Source: Mobula birostris (taxonomy: Eukaryota). Taken from it: 64,000 nt of DNA. The notes beneath the pieces were generated by a model. The model had not been told where the DNA came from. It saw only the letters and a program-made list of their open reading frames with translations, and searched no databases. The position numbers and the translations under genes were made by a program. Within the stretch, counting starts at the first letter, position 1, and every line of letters starts with the position of its first letter. Where the stretch lies: contig NC_092371.1 of assembly GCF_030028105.1 (NCBI RefSeq), positions 14,343,884-14,407,883 of the forward strand, in the 5' to 3' direction. Positions 63,715 to 64,000 of the stretch are shown piece by piece.

Positions 63715-64000
63715 CTTTTCCGGTTTTCCCCAGTTTCTGTTGAGGCAGCTGATTCTCGTTTGGGCTGGCTTCAGGATTCAGCCTCTGGCTGCTGGATTGT
63801 TACCGTCCATACTCCGTGTCTGAATCACTTCTGTTCCCCTTCCTTCTGTTGTCTCGTCTGAAGCCTCGCCTCAAATCTTGCCTCGACTGAAGCCTCACCT
63901 CAAGCCTTGCCTCGTCTGAAGTCTAGCCTCAAACCTTTCCTCGGCTGGAGTCTTGCTTCGCCTGTAACCCCTGCAGGCAACCTTCGCCTGCACCGCTGTC
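63715..64000 (+). mobile_element. Probable LTR start, runs off the window
   Basis: aggcagctgattctcgttt motif shared with the other LTRs, and tandem gcctcgtctgaag units. Confidence 0.45.

Noticed and set aside
1-64000. CRISPR arrays, rRNA or prokaryotic operons
   Set aside because: Eukaryotic intron-exon and LINE-rich sequence. The regularly spaced repeats are LTR sub-repeats or microsatellites without unique spacers.

Overview
Repeat-rich vertebrate genomic DNA from a cartilaginous fish, probably a ray or skate (inferred from the IgL type and the CR1/Rex1/Penelope repeat content). Two immune genes sit head-to-head about 32.6 kb apart. (1) Plus strand, 53014-55537: an intact 3-exon, germline-joined VJ-C immunoglobulin light chain resembling chondrichthyan type I (sigma-cart/NS5). 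(2) Minus strand, 20441-14861: a 6-exon non-rearranging receptor that the ORF track does not show as one unit, with the layout leader / VJ-like V domain / C1 domain / uncharged TM / cytoplasmic exon / ITIM exon (IVYASL), about 300 aa. All splice sites are GT-AG and phase-compatible, and the only lesion is one extra A in an A9 run. This architecture matches PRARP/VJ-C1-type putative antigen-receptor-precursor genes and is the main finding. The rest is mostly CR1, Rex1/Babar, R4- and HERO-like, L1/Tx1-like and Penelope-like elements (several with minimal hammerhead ribozyme motifs), solo LTRs, a tRNA-derived SINE, a 187-N gap, an old 2.2-kb composite duplication, a perfect 37-bp hairpin, and a few weak relics of decayed genes. 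Exon boundaries were read base by base. TE boundaries are approximate and TE families were assigned by eye.
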